In this document: positions 26,943 to 35,760 of the stretch, piece after piece
How positions within the stretch are numbered: position 1 is the first letter of the stretch
Layout: the number at the start of each line of letters is the position of its first letter
Source of the DNA: a virus
Taxonomy: Duplodnaviria; Caudoviricetes
Length of the DNA: 62,190 nt
Reading direction: 5' to 3' (one strand)
IMG/VR virus record: IMGVR_UViG_3300031787_000118
Span: 1-62,190 of that record
Notes under the pieces: model-generated
The model's input: the letters and a program-made list of their open reading frames with translations, nothing else
Database searches by the model: none
Told to the model about the DNA's origin: nothing
Program-made: the position numbers and the translations under genes

Positions 26943-27800
26943 ATGATACTATTATCTAAAACAGATGATTGTAAACACATAGCTATAAAGTCAGAGTTAA
27001 TCTCTGACTTTATAGTAAATCCAAGTGACTATTCTAATCTTGAAATAAAAGCAACTTTAAACTGTTGTGATACTGAAGAAATAATTGCATCAATTGATTC
27101 TGAAGAAATTGCCAATGCTCAATGGACATTAGCTTTTCCTACAAATACAAGTGCAGTTATTAAAGAATTGATATTTGGAAATATCTATACTTTACAATCT
27201 TGGAATGTACTTTCAACTACTTATGATGTAGCTGATTATACTTGCAGTACAGGAGATATTACAAACTTATTTCCTATTATTCAAGCATGGTTTACTACTA
27301 ACTTTGCAACTACTATTACTCAAAACTATTCTTTTGATGGTACTAATTGTATTTATTTAGTTGATGACTTACCATTAAACATGGTTCCTATTAAAATGAT
27401 AGTGACTATTAATGGTGTTGATACTGAAATATATTTTCAAAACTATCCAGTTGAAGGAGTATTTTTTACTAATGATGCAATAGTTATTAGTCCTGAATTC
27501 TTTAATTTAACTGAATTTGTTGATGGAGTTTATTCATTTACTGTTACTTTTACAAAAGATAATCAATTGATTTCACAATCAAGTTGTTTCTTCTTTGATT
27601 GTAATACTAAATGTTTAGTTTCTGAAAGATTGGAAGAGTTAAAGAATTGTAATAAGTCAGCAACTAATCTTTTTTTACTTCACTACACTTTAACAGAGGG
27701 TTCTAATTGTGGATGTAATTGTGATAAATTATGTGAAATATTTAAAAAACTTTGTAGTGAGTTAGGAGGAAGTAATTCATGCTCTAATTGTGGATGTTAA
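26943..27800 (+). CDS. Cys-rich structural protein (tail hub-like)
   Basis: DGVYSFTV motif; C-terminal CGCNC...CSNCGC. Confidence 0.55.
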   Translation: MILLSKTDDCKHIAIKSELISDFIVNPSDYSNLEIKATLNCCDTEEIIASIDSEEIANAQWTLAFPTNTSAVIKELIFGNIYTLQSWNVLSTTYDVADYTCSTGDITNLFPIIQAWFTTNFATTITQNYSFDGTNCIYLVDDLPLNMVPIKMIVTINGVDTEIYFQNYPVEGVFFTNDAIVISPEFFNLTEFVDGVYSFTVTFTKDNQLISQSSCFFFDCNTKCLVSERLEELKNCNKSATNLFLLHYTLTEGSNCGCNCDKLCEIFKKLCSELGGSNSCSNCGC

Positions 27801-29250
27801 TATGAAATGGAATTGTAACATAGTTAAGTTAATGTATGAAAGAGTACTCCGAAGAAAATTTGGATTACTCTGCATTGATGATACTTCAAATAAAGAATTT
27901 GTAGATTCTTACATTAATAGGTTAGATTGTACAGATATAAACTTACAATGTGTTGATTCACAACCTTGTCCAAATTTACCTGTAACAACAGATTGTACAC
28001 TTGATGTAAACATTACTTACACTATTGATGCTACAGGATTAATCTATACATTTACTGCAACACCTATAAATGGAACTGCTCCTTTTGTTTATGATTGGAG
28101 TTATATATTAATTCATTGGATTTTTATATCTCAAACAGGTAACACTATTCAATTAAAGCCTGCTATCTATGGTTCACTTATAAGTACAGGTGTAGGAATT
28201 ACTCTTACAGATAGTGTTGGTTGTGAAATTAAAAAATCAATTCCTGTTGAATATGAAAAAGATTCATTAAAAATGGAAATTGGCTATGTTTGTGATATAG
28301 ATAACAATGGAATTGTATGTGTAACAGCTACTGGTGGTGCACCTCCTTATACTGTAGTAGGTACACCTGGTGGAGTAATATTAACTGATGGTGGAAGTAT
28401 ATGTGTTGTATTACCTAATGGTTCTAACTATGGAGCATTTGTAACTGATTCAGTTGGTAATACTACTATTGCAACTTTAGGTTTAATAGCTTGTCCATTT
28501 GATTGTAACACAATTACACTTTTAGATAATGCTTCTGTAGTTTGTTTGACTAATGAATTTGGCAATACAGGTCAAGCTACTTTAACTGTAACTCCTTCAG
28601 GTGGAACTGCACCATATATAATTACAGGTACTATAAATGGAATTCCAGGATTTGTAAATGGTCAAGTAGTTAATAATGGAGATGTAATCATAGTTGAAAT
28701 TACAGATGATAATGCTTGCAGTATAAGTAATGAATACACAATTGTTTGTCCTCCTTATATTCCTGAGCCTACAGAATTTACTTGTGATGATATTGCAGCA
28801 GGTTTAAATGTTGAGGTATTTACTTACAGCATTGTAGCAAGTCCATTAGGATTTCCTTTATTTGGACATCAAGTAGATTATAATATTTCATGGAGTGTAA
28901 CTAACTTAGGAACATTTGGGTTAACATCTGCTAATATATCTAATGTACAATATGAAATTTCAAATACTTCTGCTAATGTTTATGGTCAATTTTCATTACC
29001 TTCTTTATTAGGTTGTAATCCTTGTATTGCAAATGTGCCTTATTTTTCTAACCCAGGATTTAGAGCTTATATTAATTCTGTTTGTGGAGATAACAAGTAT
29101 TTAAACTTAACAATTAAGTTAACTTTCACAATTGTAAATGGTGAAGAAATATGTACAATATGTTTTGAAAAAGACATAGAAAGACTTTATATTTGTGGAC
29201 AAGTACCTTCTACTCCTTCAGGAACAGGTATGGATAATATTGAATGTTAA
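27790..29250 (+). CDS. Structural protein with SprB/PKD-like Ig repeats
   Basis: Three GTAPF/GGAPPY/GGTAPY...TDxxGC-type repeats. Confidence 0.7.
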   Translation: MDVNMKWNCNIVKLMYERVLRRKFGLLCIDDTSNKEFVDSYINRLDCTDINLQCVDSQPCPNLPVTTDCTLDVNITYTIDATGLIYTFTATPINGTAPFVYDWSYILIHWIFISQTGNTIQLKPAIYGSLISTGVGITLTDSVGCEIKKSIPVEYEKDSLKMEIGYVCDIDNNGIVCVTATGGAPPYTVVGTPGGVILTDGGSICVVLPNGSNYGAFVTDSVGNTTIATLGLIACPFDCNTITLLDNASVVCLTNEFGNTGQATLTVTPSGGTAPYIITGTINGIPGFVNGQVVNNGDVIIVEITDDNACSISNEYTIVCPPYIPEPTEFTCDDIAAGLNVEVFTYSIVASPLGFPLFGHQVDYNISWSVTNLGTFGLTSANISNVQYEISNTSANVYGQFSLPSLLGCNPCIANVPYFSNPGFRAYINSVCGDNKYLNLTIKLTFTIVNGEEICTICFEKDIERLYICGQVPSTPSGTGMDNIEC

Positions 29251-29267
29251 ATTAAACCAATAGAATT

Positions 29268-29636
29268 ATGACTATAGACCCTATTCTTGCAAAGTTAGTA
29301 GCTTGGGCTTTAGGTTTCTTGTTTACTACATTAGTTGCTGTATTAGTATGGTTGGCTAAATCAGTTATGGGAAAAATAGACACCATAGTGAAAAATCAAG
29401 AAGCTGATGCAGTTGAAAGAACTGGAATGAAGAAAGACATTGATTCAATCAAAACAGATATGAATACTGTTAAAGCTGAAATCAAAGATATTTCTGACAT
29501 TAAACAAAAGCTTGTAAAGATTGAAGTTAATGAAAGTTATATACTTGAAGATGTTACAATACTTAAACACTCTCAAGGTGATGTTCACAAAAAAATAACT
29601 GAACTAAATGAAAGGTTAATTAAAATTGAAAGATAA
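29268..29636 (+). CDS. Single-TM coiled-coil protein (holin/lysis accessory-like)
   Basis: N-terminal TM helix followed by a heptad coiled coil. Confidence 0.6.
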   Translation: MTIDPILAKLVAWALGFLFTTLVAVLVWLAKSVMGKIDTIVKNQEADAVERTGMKKDIDSIKTDMNTVKAEIKDISDIKQKLVKIEVNESYILEDVTILKHSQGDVHKKITELNERLIKIER

Positions 29637-29862
29637 TATGGAAAAGTTTTTAGAGTTAATTAAAAAATATCAAAGACCTGTAAGAACAGTTTTTTGGACA
29701 TTACTAATTTCAATTACTTACTTAATGTGTTTATTTACAAGTAAACCTTGTAATGATGGATTTGTAACAGAATCTATTTTAATTATGATGTTTATGGATA
29801 TGGGGATTTATACTATAAGTAGAACATTTGAAAAAACTAAAAAAATAGAAGACAATGCGTGA
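29626..29862 (+). CDS. Putative holin
   Basis: 78 aa, two TM segments, C-terminal SRTFEK and two nearby start Met residues. Confidence 0.55.
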   Translation: MKDNMEKFLELIKKYQRPVRTVFWTLLISITYLMCLFTSKPCNDGFVTESILIMMFMDMGIYTISRTFEKTKKIEDNA

Positions 29863-30196
29863 TACTTTAGAAAAAATAAATAGAGCATTGCAATGTGCTT
29901 GTGAAAGAAATGATACAGTAATTGCAGCTTTAAGTGGTTTAGCCACTGAAGCTACTTTACAAGCTATTGAAACAGGTCAAGATGATTTAATTACTTTATT
30001 AGAAAAAGCTAATTGGACAAGTGTTTCAGGTAATTCAATTGAGTATGCTTATTATTCAGGAGTAGCCGCAGGTAATCCAAGTGGTAACACCTCAAATGTA
30101 GAAACTGCTACTTATAAAACAGGTGTAAGTACAATCTTCACTCAAACCTTTGCATATAATGCAGCAGATTTAGTAATCTCTATAACAACCACATAA
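29855..30196 (+). CDS. Putative tail-fibre-associated protein
   Basis: 113 aa; C-terminal TQTFAYNAADLVISIT beta pattern. Confidence 0.55.
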   Translation: MRDTLEKINRALQCACERNDTVIAALSGLATEATLQAIETGQDDLITLLEKANWTSVSGNSIEYAYYSGVAAGNPSGNTSNVETATYKTGVSTIFTQTFAYNAADLVISITTT

Positions 30197-30200
30197 TGAA

Positions 30201-30791
30201 ATGGCATATAGAATTAATCCTTTTACAACAAAACTTGATGATATAGGAAATGCAGGAACTGTATCTGATGCATTGTACTACAATAAAAATATATTTCAAA
30301 ACATGACTGCTGTAATGGCAGGAGCTGGTACAACTGTATCTTTAGGTGGTAATGACCTTGTCTATTATGGCATCTTTATAAGAGAAAGAATAACTGTAAT
30401 TGATGCACGTATTACTATGTCATCGGGAACAGGAGATGCAGCATTTGCCATGTATGAAGCAACATCAAGTGGGGCAATAGGTGACAAGATTTTTAATTCA
30501 GCAAAAGCTACAGCAGGTGTAAACGTTTCTAATATTTATACCTTCCCTTCGCCACAAGTATTTGAAAGGGGAATGTATTATTTTGCAGTAAATCAAAGCG
30601 GAACTTGTACTTATTATGCAGCAGCAGCAGCTCAAACATTTCCTGCTTTTGGTGGGCTTGCAAATTCCGCGGGTCAAAGAAACGCAGGTACAGCAGTTGT
30701 TGCTTATAATACAACTTTACCAACTTCACCGCCTGCACTTTCACTGTTGTCAGTTTCTGTTCCTATTCTTTACTTCAACTTACAGCCATAA
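30201..30791 (+). CDS. Putative tail fibre/receptor-binding protein
   Basis: MAYRINPFTTKLD N-terminal anchor-like motif; Gly/Ala/Thr-rich body. Confidence 0.6.
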   Translation: MAYRINPFTTKLDDIGNAGTVSDALYYNKNIFQNMTAVMAGAGTTVSLGGNDLVYYGIFIRERITVIDARITMSSGTGDAAFAMYEATSSGAIGDKIFNSAKATAGVNVSNIYTFPSPQVFERGMYYFAVNQSGTCTYYAAAAAQTFPAFGGLANSAGQRNAGTAVVAYNTTLPTSPPALSLLSVSVPILYFNLQP

Positions 30792-30792
30792 T

Positions 30793-31191
30793 ATGAAAAC
30801 ATTTCAAGTACGAAAAGATAATTTTGAGCAGGTGTTAAAGTTTGAAAACTTGCAAGCAGCAGAAGCATTTTGGATAAATTATCAACCTTGTGTCATCACT
30901 GAGATAACACCTTATATAAGAACTACTCAAGAAAAAGTTGCAGATGATTTAGTATTTGGTAATCAGTTATACTTTGAATTCTTAGTAGATAATGAAACTA
31001 CTCCTGCTACTGCACAAGAAGTAATAGGTATGTTTGTAAAGTTTGGTGATGCTAAGAATGCTTTACTAGCTGGAGCTATTGTACAAGCAAGGTACATCGT
31101 TTCTTTATTAACTGTAGATACTCTATTCAATCAAGAACGTAAGGATAAATACCTTGCTATGATGGATACTTACCTATCTCAATACGTATAA
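30793..31191 (+). CDS. Hypothetical protein (fibre chaperone-like)
   Basis: ATG at 30793 (MKTFQVRKD) follows the previous stop; the track extension to 30616 overlaps the upstream gene. Confidence 0.6.
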   Translation: MKTFQVRKDNFEQVLKFENLQAAEAFWINYQPCVITEITPYIRTTQEKVADDLVFGNQLYFEFLVDNETTPATAQEVIGMFVKFGDAKNALLAGAIVQARYIVSLLTVDTLFNQERKDKYLAMMDTYLSQYV

Positions 31192-31193
31192 CA

Positions 31194-32393
31194 ATGAATC
31201 ATACTTATATCTTTAATCCTTTATTAGCCCTTGGGTTACAAAAAATAACTTCGTCTGTATCAGGCAATGTTGTAGAGATATCATCTTTAGCAGACTTTCC
31301 TGTTGCAGATGTTAATGATGAAATTCATTTACCAGCAGGTGCTTATTGGATTAAAGCGCATGTGAATTTAGCAGATAAAAGGTTGGTATGTGATGGCATT
31401 GTTACAATTTTTGGAAGTTCTTCAGAATCTTCATCACTTACAACTACTAATAGTAGTGCGATGATAGAAACTTCTTACACAATGCCGCTCATGAACATAT
31501 CTTTAACTGCCCCTATAGCAGTACAAATAACAGGAAGTAGTTTAGATGCTTATGACTTTACAGCAGTAAATTTCATTAATTGCCCTGTTTCCGCAATAGT
31601 AAACGGTTGTAGTAATTTTATATTCAATAATGGAGCAGCACTTAATTCTGGCGAATTATTGTTTGAAGGTTCTTGTGGAACTATTGCATTTAATAATACT
31701 TTATTTATAACGGCTAACTCGGCAACTTCTATTAAGATTAGTGATACTTGTACTATTACAAGAAGGTTTAGAGTAATTTATTCTTCTTTTGTAACTTTAG
31801 CTGGAAGCACTTCTTTAAACGTATCAGCTTTAGCAATAATTACTCCTGAAACGTACATATTAGATACTGTTAATTTTTCAGGGGGCGGAAGTTATATTGT
31901 AGGAGTTACTACTAGTAGTAATAAGTCTTTGTTTACGGCGTGTAAAGGCATAAATAATACAGCTGTTAATGGACAACTGTACATGCAAAATAACGCAGTA
32001 GCAACTCCTATTGGAGTTATAAACACTTGGTATAAAGTATTAGGAACTACATCTGCTTCGAGTGATAATAATAAATACTTACATAATAATAATAGATTGA
32101 CAAATGACGCAGCAGTTTTAAGGAGTTATTTGATATCTTGCACTTTAGCATTTACAAGTGGTAACAATAATGTTTGTAAGTTTGGATTTTATGATAGTGC
32201 ATTAGGTACGATTAGAACTCCTTCAATAAATACTACTACTGCTAATGGTGCAGGACGAGCTGAAAATATTACTTTAACGTGCGTAGTAAAGCATGCCCAA
32301 GGTGATTTTTTAGAAGTGCATTGCTTGAACACAAGCTCAACTACTGCTATTACAGTCACTGATATGAATTTTGTAATAACTGAAATAAACTAA
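31194..32393 (+). CDS. Tail spike/fibre protein with beta-helix-like region
   Basis: N-terminal YIFNPL anchor-like motif, Asn/Thr/Ser-rich beta repeats, C1q/TNF-like C-terminus (GDFLEV). Confidence 0.65.
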   Translation: MNHTYIFNPLLALGLQKITSSVSGNVVEISSLADFPVADVNDEIHLPAGAYWIKAHVNLADKRLVCDGIVTIFGSSSESSSLTTTNSSAMIETSYTMPLMNISLTAPIAVQITGSSLDAYDFTAVNFINCPVSAIVNGCSNFIFNNGAALNSGELLFEGSCGTIAFNNTLFITANSATSIKISDTCTITRRFRVIYSSFVTLAGSTSLNVSALAIITPETYILDTVNFSGGGSYIVGVTTSSNKSLFTACKGINNTAVNGQLYMQNNAVATPIGVINTWYKVLGTTSASSDNNKYLHNNNRLTNDAAVLRSYLISCTLAFTSGNNNVCKFGFYDSALGTIRTPSINTTTANGAGRAENITLTCVVKHAQGDFLEVHCLNTSSTTAITVTDMNFVITEIN

Positions 32394-32788
32394 TGGGAAT
32401 AGTACTCTTTATAGTCGCCGTATTTCTCGGCGGAATTCTATCATGTTTTGGTTTTATATACGGCATACTCAAAGCCGTATTAGGATATTGCAATACCATA
32501 TTGTTACTTTGTGCAATAGGTATAGACCGAATGGGTAATGTGATATGTGCAGATATGTTCAATGATATGCTTATCAAGCATACTCCTGATGTCCATAAAT
32601 TTGGTAACATGAATGAAACTGTTAGTAGAGTGTTAGGTATAAATAAAAAAACTAATACACTAACTAAGTTTGGTAGAGGAATTGCAAACATTTTAAATTG
32701 GATTCATCCTAATCATGTAGAGCTTGCTTCAAAAGAATATTGGAAAGAAGAATTAATTATATCAGATTTTAACGATAATAATAACTAA
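32393..32788 (+). CDS. Membrane-associated phage protein
   Basis: Hydrophobic N-terminus then IDRMGNV...FGNMNETVSRVLG...HPNH. Confidence 0.65.
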   Translation: MGIVLFIVAVFLGGILSCFGFIYGILKAVLGYCNTILLLCAIGIDRMGNVICADMFNDMLIKHTPDVHKFGNMNETVSRVLGINKKTNTLTKFGRGIANILNWIHPNHVELASKEYWKEELIISDFNDNNN

Positions 32789-32847
32789 TTATAATTTGTC
32801 ATAAATTTTTAAGATATTTGTTACATTATTAACAAATATCTTTTTTT

Positions 32848-33564
32848 ATGACTACCAAATCCAATGTCCAATTATTATTATCTACCAACTTTAATGACTT
32901 AGTATTTCAAGAACAAGAGCATATATACAAAGTAAATAATAAAGCATTACCTTCTGTTTCTGCACTTGTTAAAAAACATTCACAACCATTTGATGAAATG
33001 TTTTGGGCTGATATAGTTGCTAAAAAACAAAAAGTAAAAGTTCAAGAAGTGTTAGATAAGTGGGAAGTTAAAAGAGTAGTTGCAGCTAACAATGGTACTA
33101 AAGTACACACTTATGCTGAAAACTGGTGGGAAGATAATATATTAGAACCTACTTGTGAACAAGAAAAAGCTATAAGGTTATTTTTAGAATGGTGTATTAA
33201 AGATGGTCAATATAGTTTATTAAGTACTGAACTTCAAATGTATTCAAAAGAATTTTGGTATGCAGGTACTTGTGATTTATTGTTATGGAATAATAAGTTA
33301 GAATGTGTAGAACTATTTGATTATAAGACTAATGAAGATTTAGATAAACAGTTTGATTATTTATTATCTCCTTTTAATTATACTCCAAGTACACCATTTA
33401 ATAAATATCAACTTCAACTTTCTTACTATCAAATAATGTTAGAGGAAATTGGAATTCCTGTAGCTAACAGATATGTTGTTTGGGTAAAACCTACAGGTAC
33501 TTATGAATTAAGAAGTTGTCATAATTTTACAGAAGAATTAAAACAATATTTACATGAAAATTAG
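32848..33564 (+). CDS. PD-(D/E)XK nuclease (lambda-exo/Cas4-like fold)
   Basis: PSVS, GTKVH, E, AGTCD, DYKT and YQLQLSYY motifs. Confidence 0.85.
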   Translation: MTTKSNVQLLLSTNFNDLVFQEQEHIYKVNNKALPSVSALVKKHSQPFDEMFWADIVAKKQKVKVQEVLDKWEVKRVVAANNGTKVHTYAENWWEDNILEPTCEQEKAIRLFLEWCIKDGQYSLLSTELQMYSKEFWYAGTCDLLLWNNKLECVELFDYKTNEDLDKQFDYLLSPFNYTPSTPFNKYQLQLSYYQIMLEEIGIPVANRYVVWVKPTGTYELRSCHNFTEELKQYLHEN

Positions 33565-34243
33565 TGAAGCAATACAAAGAATTCAATCTTTATATTCTTT
33601 AGGAGTTCAATCTGATGATAGTAGATTGAAAAGCAGACACGTATATAATAAGATGAAAACAGTCAGGGGAAGATTGTTATATGAAAAAGCAAATAAAAAA
33701 CAATACATTGCTAACAGTAATTATCAGATTCTCAATTGTGTAGAACTTATAAAAGCTGAAGTACATGAATGTCCTTGTATTCCTCCTTTGGGTTGTTGTA
33801 TCTACAAAACAAAACATCCATTACCTGCTCCTTTATCTTCTTTCAATAGACATCTTATTAAAAGTGTAACATCATTAGATGGTAATATAAGATACTCTGA
33901 AATAAGTTGGGAAGATAAGAAGTATAAACAATATGATAAATACACATCAGCTAAACCTGATTATATCTTAACAGGTAATCATCTATTAGTTACAGGTAAA
34001 AATGATGTTGAAGTAATAAGAGTTGAGTTATTATTAGAAGACCCATTAGAAGGATATAACAATCCATCTTACTGTAATCCTGAAAATGATTGCATTTCTA
34101 ATTATGAAAGAGAATTTCATTTAGATAACTCTATGTTTGATGCATTAGTAGAGTTAACAGTTCAAGAGTTAATTCAACTATTTAGACCAAGAGAGGATTC
34201 ATCTAACAACACTAAAGATACTCCTGAACAAGAAACTAAATAA
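33554..34243 (+). CDS. Tail ring protein
   Basis: SDDSRL N-terminus and LLEDP; syntenic with crAss ring genes. Confidence 0.65.
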   Translation: MKISEAIQRIQSLYSLGVQSDDSRLKSRHVYNKMKTVRGRLLYEKANKKQYIANSNYQILNCVELIKAEVHECPCIPPLGCCIYKTKHPLPAPLSSFNRHLIKSVTSLDGNIRYSEISWEDKKYKQYDKYTSAKPDYILTGNHLLVTGKNDVEVIRVELLLEDPLEGYNNPSYCNPENDCISNYEREFHLDNSMFDALVELTVQELIQLFRPREDSSNNTKDTPEQETK

Positions 34244-34249
34244 TAAACC

Positions 34250-34777
34250 ATGAGCAAGGGTAAAAAATTAGAAACATTCAATACAAGTTTTAAGAACTAC
34301 AAAGACAATCAAGGTAAACTTACTAAGGTAGAATACCTTAATTTAATGAATGGATTTGCAGAGTTTTTAATGGATTGTATATTAGAAGGTGAAACAGTTC
34401 ATCTTCCTGAAAAATTAGGAGCTATTCAAATTGTAGGAAGAAAACTACAAAGTAAAGTAACTGATAAAGGTATTGAAGGATTAACAGTAAATTGGGGAGC
34501 TACTAAAAAACTATGGAAAGAATGTGAATCTTGTAAAGAGAAAGAACAAAAAGTTTATCATTTTAATGAGCATAGTGATGGATTAAGATACAGATTCTTT
34601 TGGTCAAGAAATACAATGATTTTAGCAAATAAAGTTTACTACACTTATTTACCAAATAGAAAAAGTAAACATAAGTTGTTTAAGAAAATAGTAGAAGAAC
34701 AAAAAGAATATTTAATAGTTGAAGGTAAATATGCTCCTCGTATTAAATTTCAATCAAAAAATAAAATAACAAAATGA
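34250..34777 (+). CDS. HU/IHF-like protein of the crAss tail module
   Basis: ILEGETVHLPEKLGAIQI...VNWGATKKLW...FNEHSDG. Confidence 0.7.
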   Translation: MSKGKKLETFNTSFKNYKDNQGKLTKVEYLNLMNGFAEFLMDCILEGETVHLPEKLGAIQIVGRKLQSKVTDKGIEGLTVNWGATKKLWKECESCKEKEQKVYHFNEHSDGLRYRFFWSRNTMILANKVYYTYLPNRKSKHKLFKKIVEEQKEYLIVEGKYAPRIKFQSKNKITK

Positions 34778-35760
34778 GTAATGAAGTTACACCTTATGTT
34801 TCAGTAAACAAAATCTTAGCTAAACTTAGAAGAGATTTAGGTTCTACTCAAGAAATAAATGAATCTGATGCTATAGAATGGGCAGCAGAAGCACTTCAAG
34901 CTATTGGTGCAATTACCTTATATGAAGAAGCAGTTGCATTAATTGAAGTTGAAAATCATCAAGCATATTTACCTAATGGATTACATGCTATTGTACAAAT
35001 TGCAAATAACTTATGTTGGGATGATGTAAAAAAATGTGGTCTTTGTCCTTCAGATATTATAAGTATTGTAGAAGAATCTGAAAGTGATGTTCCTATTCCT
35101 GTTGCACTTGATTGTAATGGACAACCTATAAATGCTTATGAGTTAGCTTACTATAGACCTTTCTTTGATTTAAGAGATGAAACAGGTTACTTTACATCTT
35201 CTTATCTTTTTAATAATTGTTTTTCAGTTGTCAGGTTAGCAAATCATAGTTTCTTTAACTCTTTAGTTTGTAAGTTTGATGAACAAGAAAAACTATACAA
35301 TGAAGCTTCAGGATTTTCTGAATATACAATTGTGAATGGAGATACTTTAAGATTGTCATTTGAAAGAGGACAAATAGTACTATCTTATGTAAGACAACAA
35401 GTAGATGAAGATGGTTATCCAATGATACCTGATCATTACTCTTACACTACTGCAATAACTAAATACATTATCATGAAGATGATGGAAAGAGAGTTTTATG
35501 CAGGTAGAGATGGAACAGTTACTAAGTTACAAAAAGCAGAACAAGATTGGCATTATTACTGTAAACAATCTCGTAATAGAGCAATGATGCCTAAAGGTGT
35601 AGATGCTTGGCAAAATATTCTCGAACAAAGACAGTATCTTTTACCAAGAATAAACAGATACTATGGTTTCTTTGGTAAAATGTCAAGACCTGAATCACGT
35701 AAATTTAATGATTCTGATAATAGAAATTACTTTAGAGGAAGTTTTAACAGATACTTATAA
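34774..35760 (+). CDS. Tail ring (tubular) protein
   Basis: IEWAAEAL...DEDGYPMIPD...W..YCKQ; directly before the muzzle gene. Confidence 0.75.
   Translation: MSNEVTPYVSVNKILAKLRRDLGSTQEINESDAIEWAAEALQAIGAITLYEEAVALIEVENHQAYLPNGLHAIVQIANNLCWDDVKKCGLCPSDIISIVEESESDVPIPVALDCNGQPINAYELAYYRPFFDLRDETGYFTSSYLFNNCFSVVRLANHSFFNSLVCKFDEQEKLYNEASGFSEYTIVNGDTLRLSFERGQIVLSYVRQQVDEDGYPMIPDHYSYTTAITKYIIMKMMEREFYAGRDGTVTKLQKAEQDWHYYCKQSRNRAMMPKGVDAWQNILEQRQYLLPRINRYYGFFGKMSRPESRKFNDSDNRNYFRGSFNRYL

Noticed and set aside
32848-33564. Cas4 / CRISPR adaptation gene
   Set aside because: Generic PD-(D/E)XK motifs only; no four-Cys Fe-S pattern and no array nearby.
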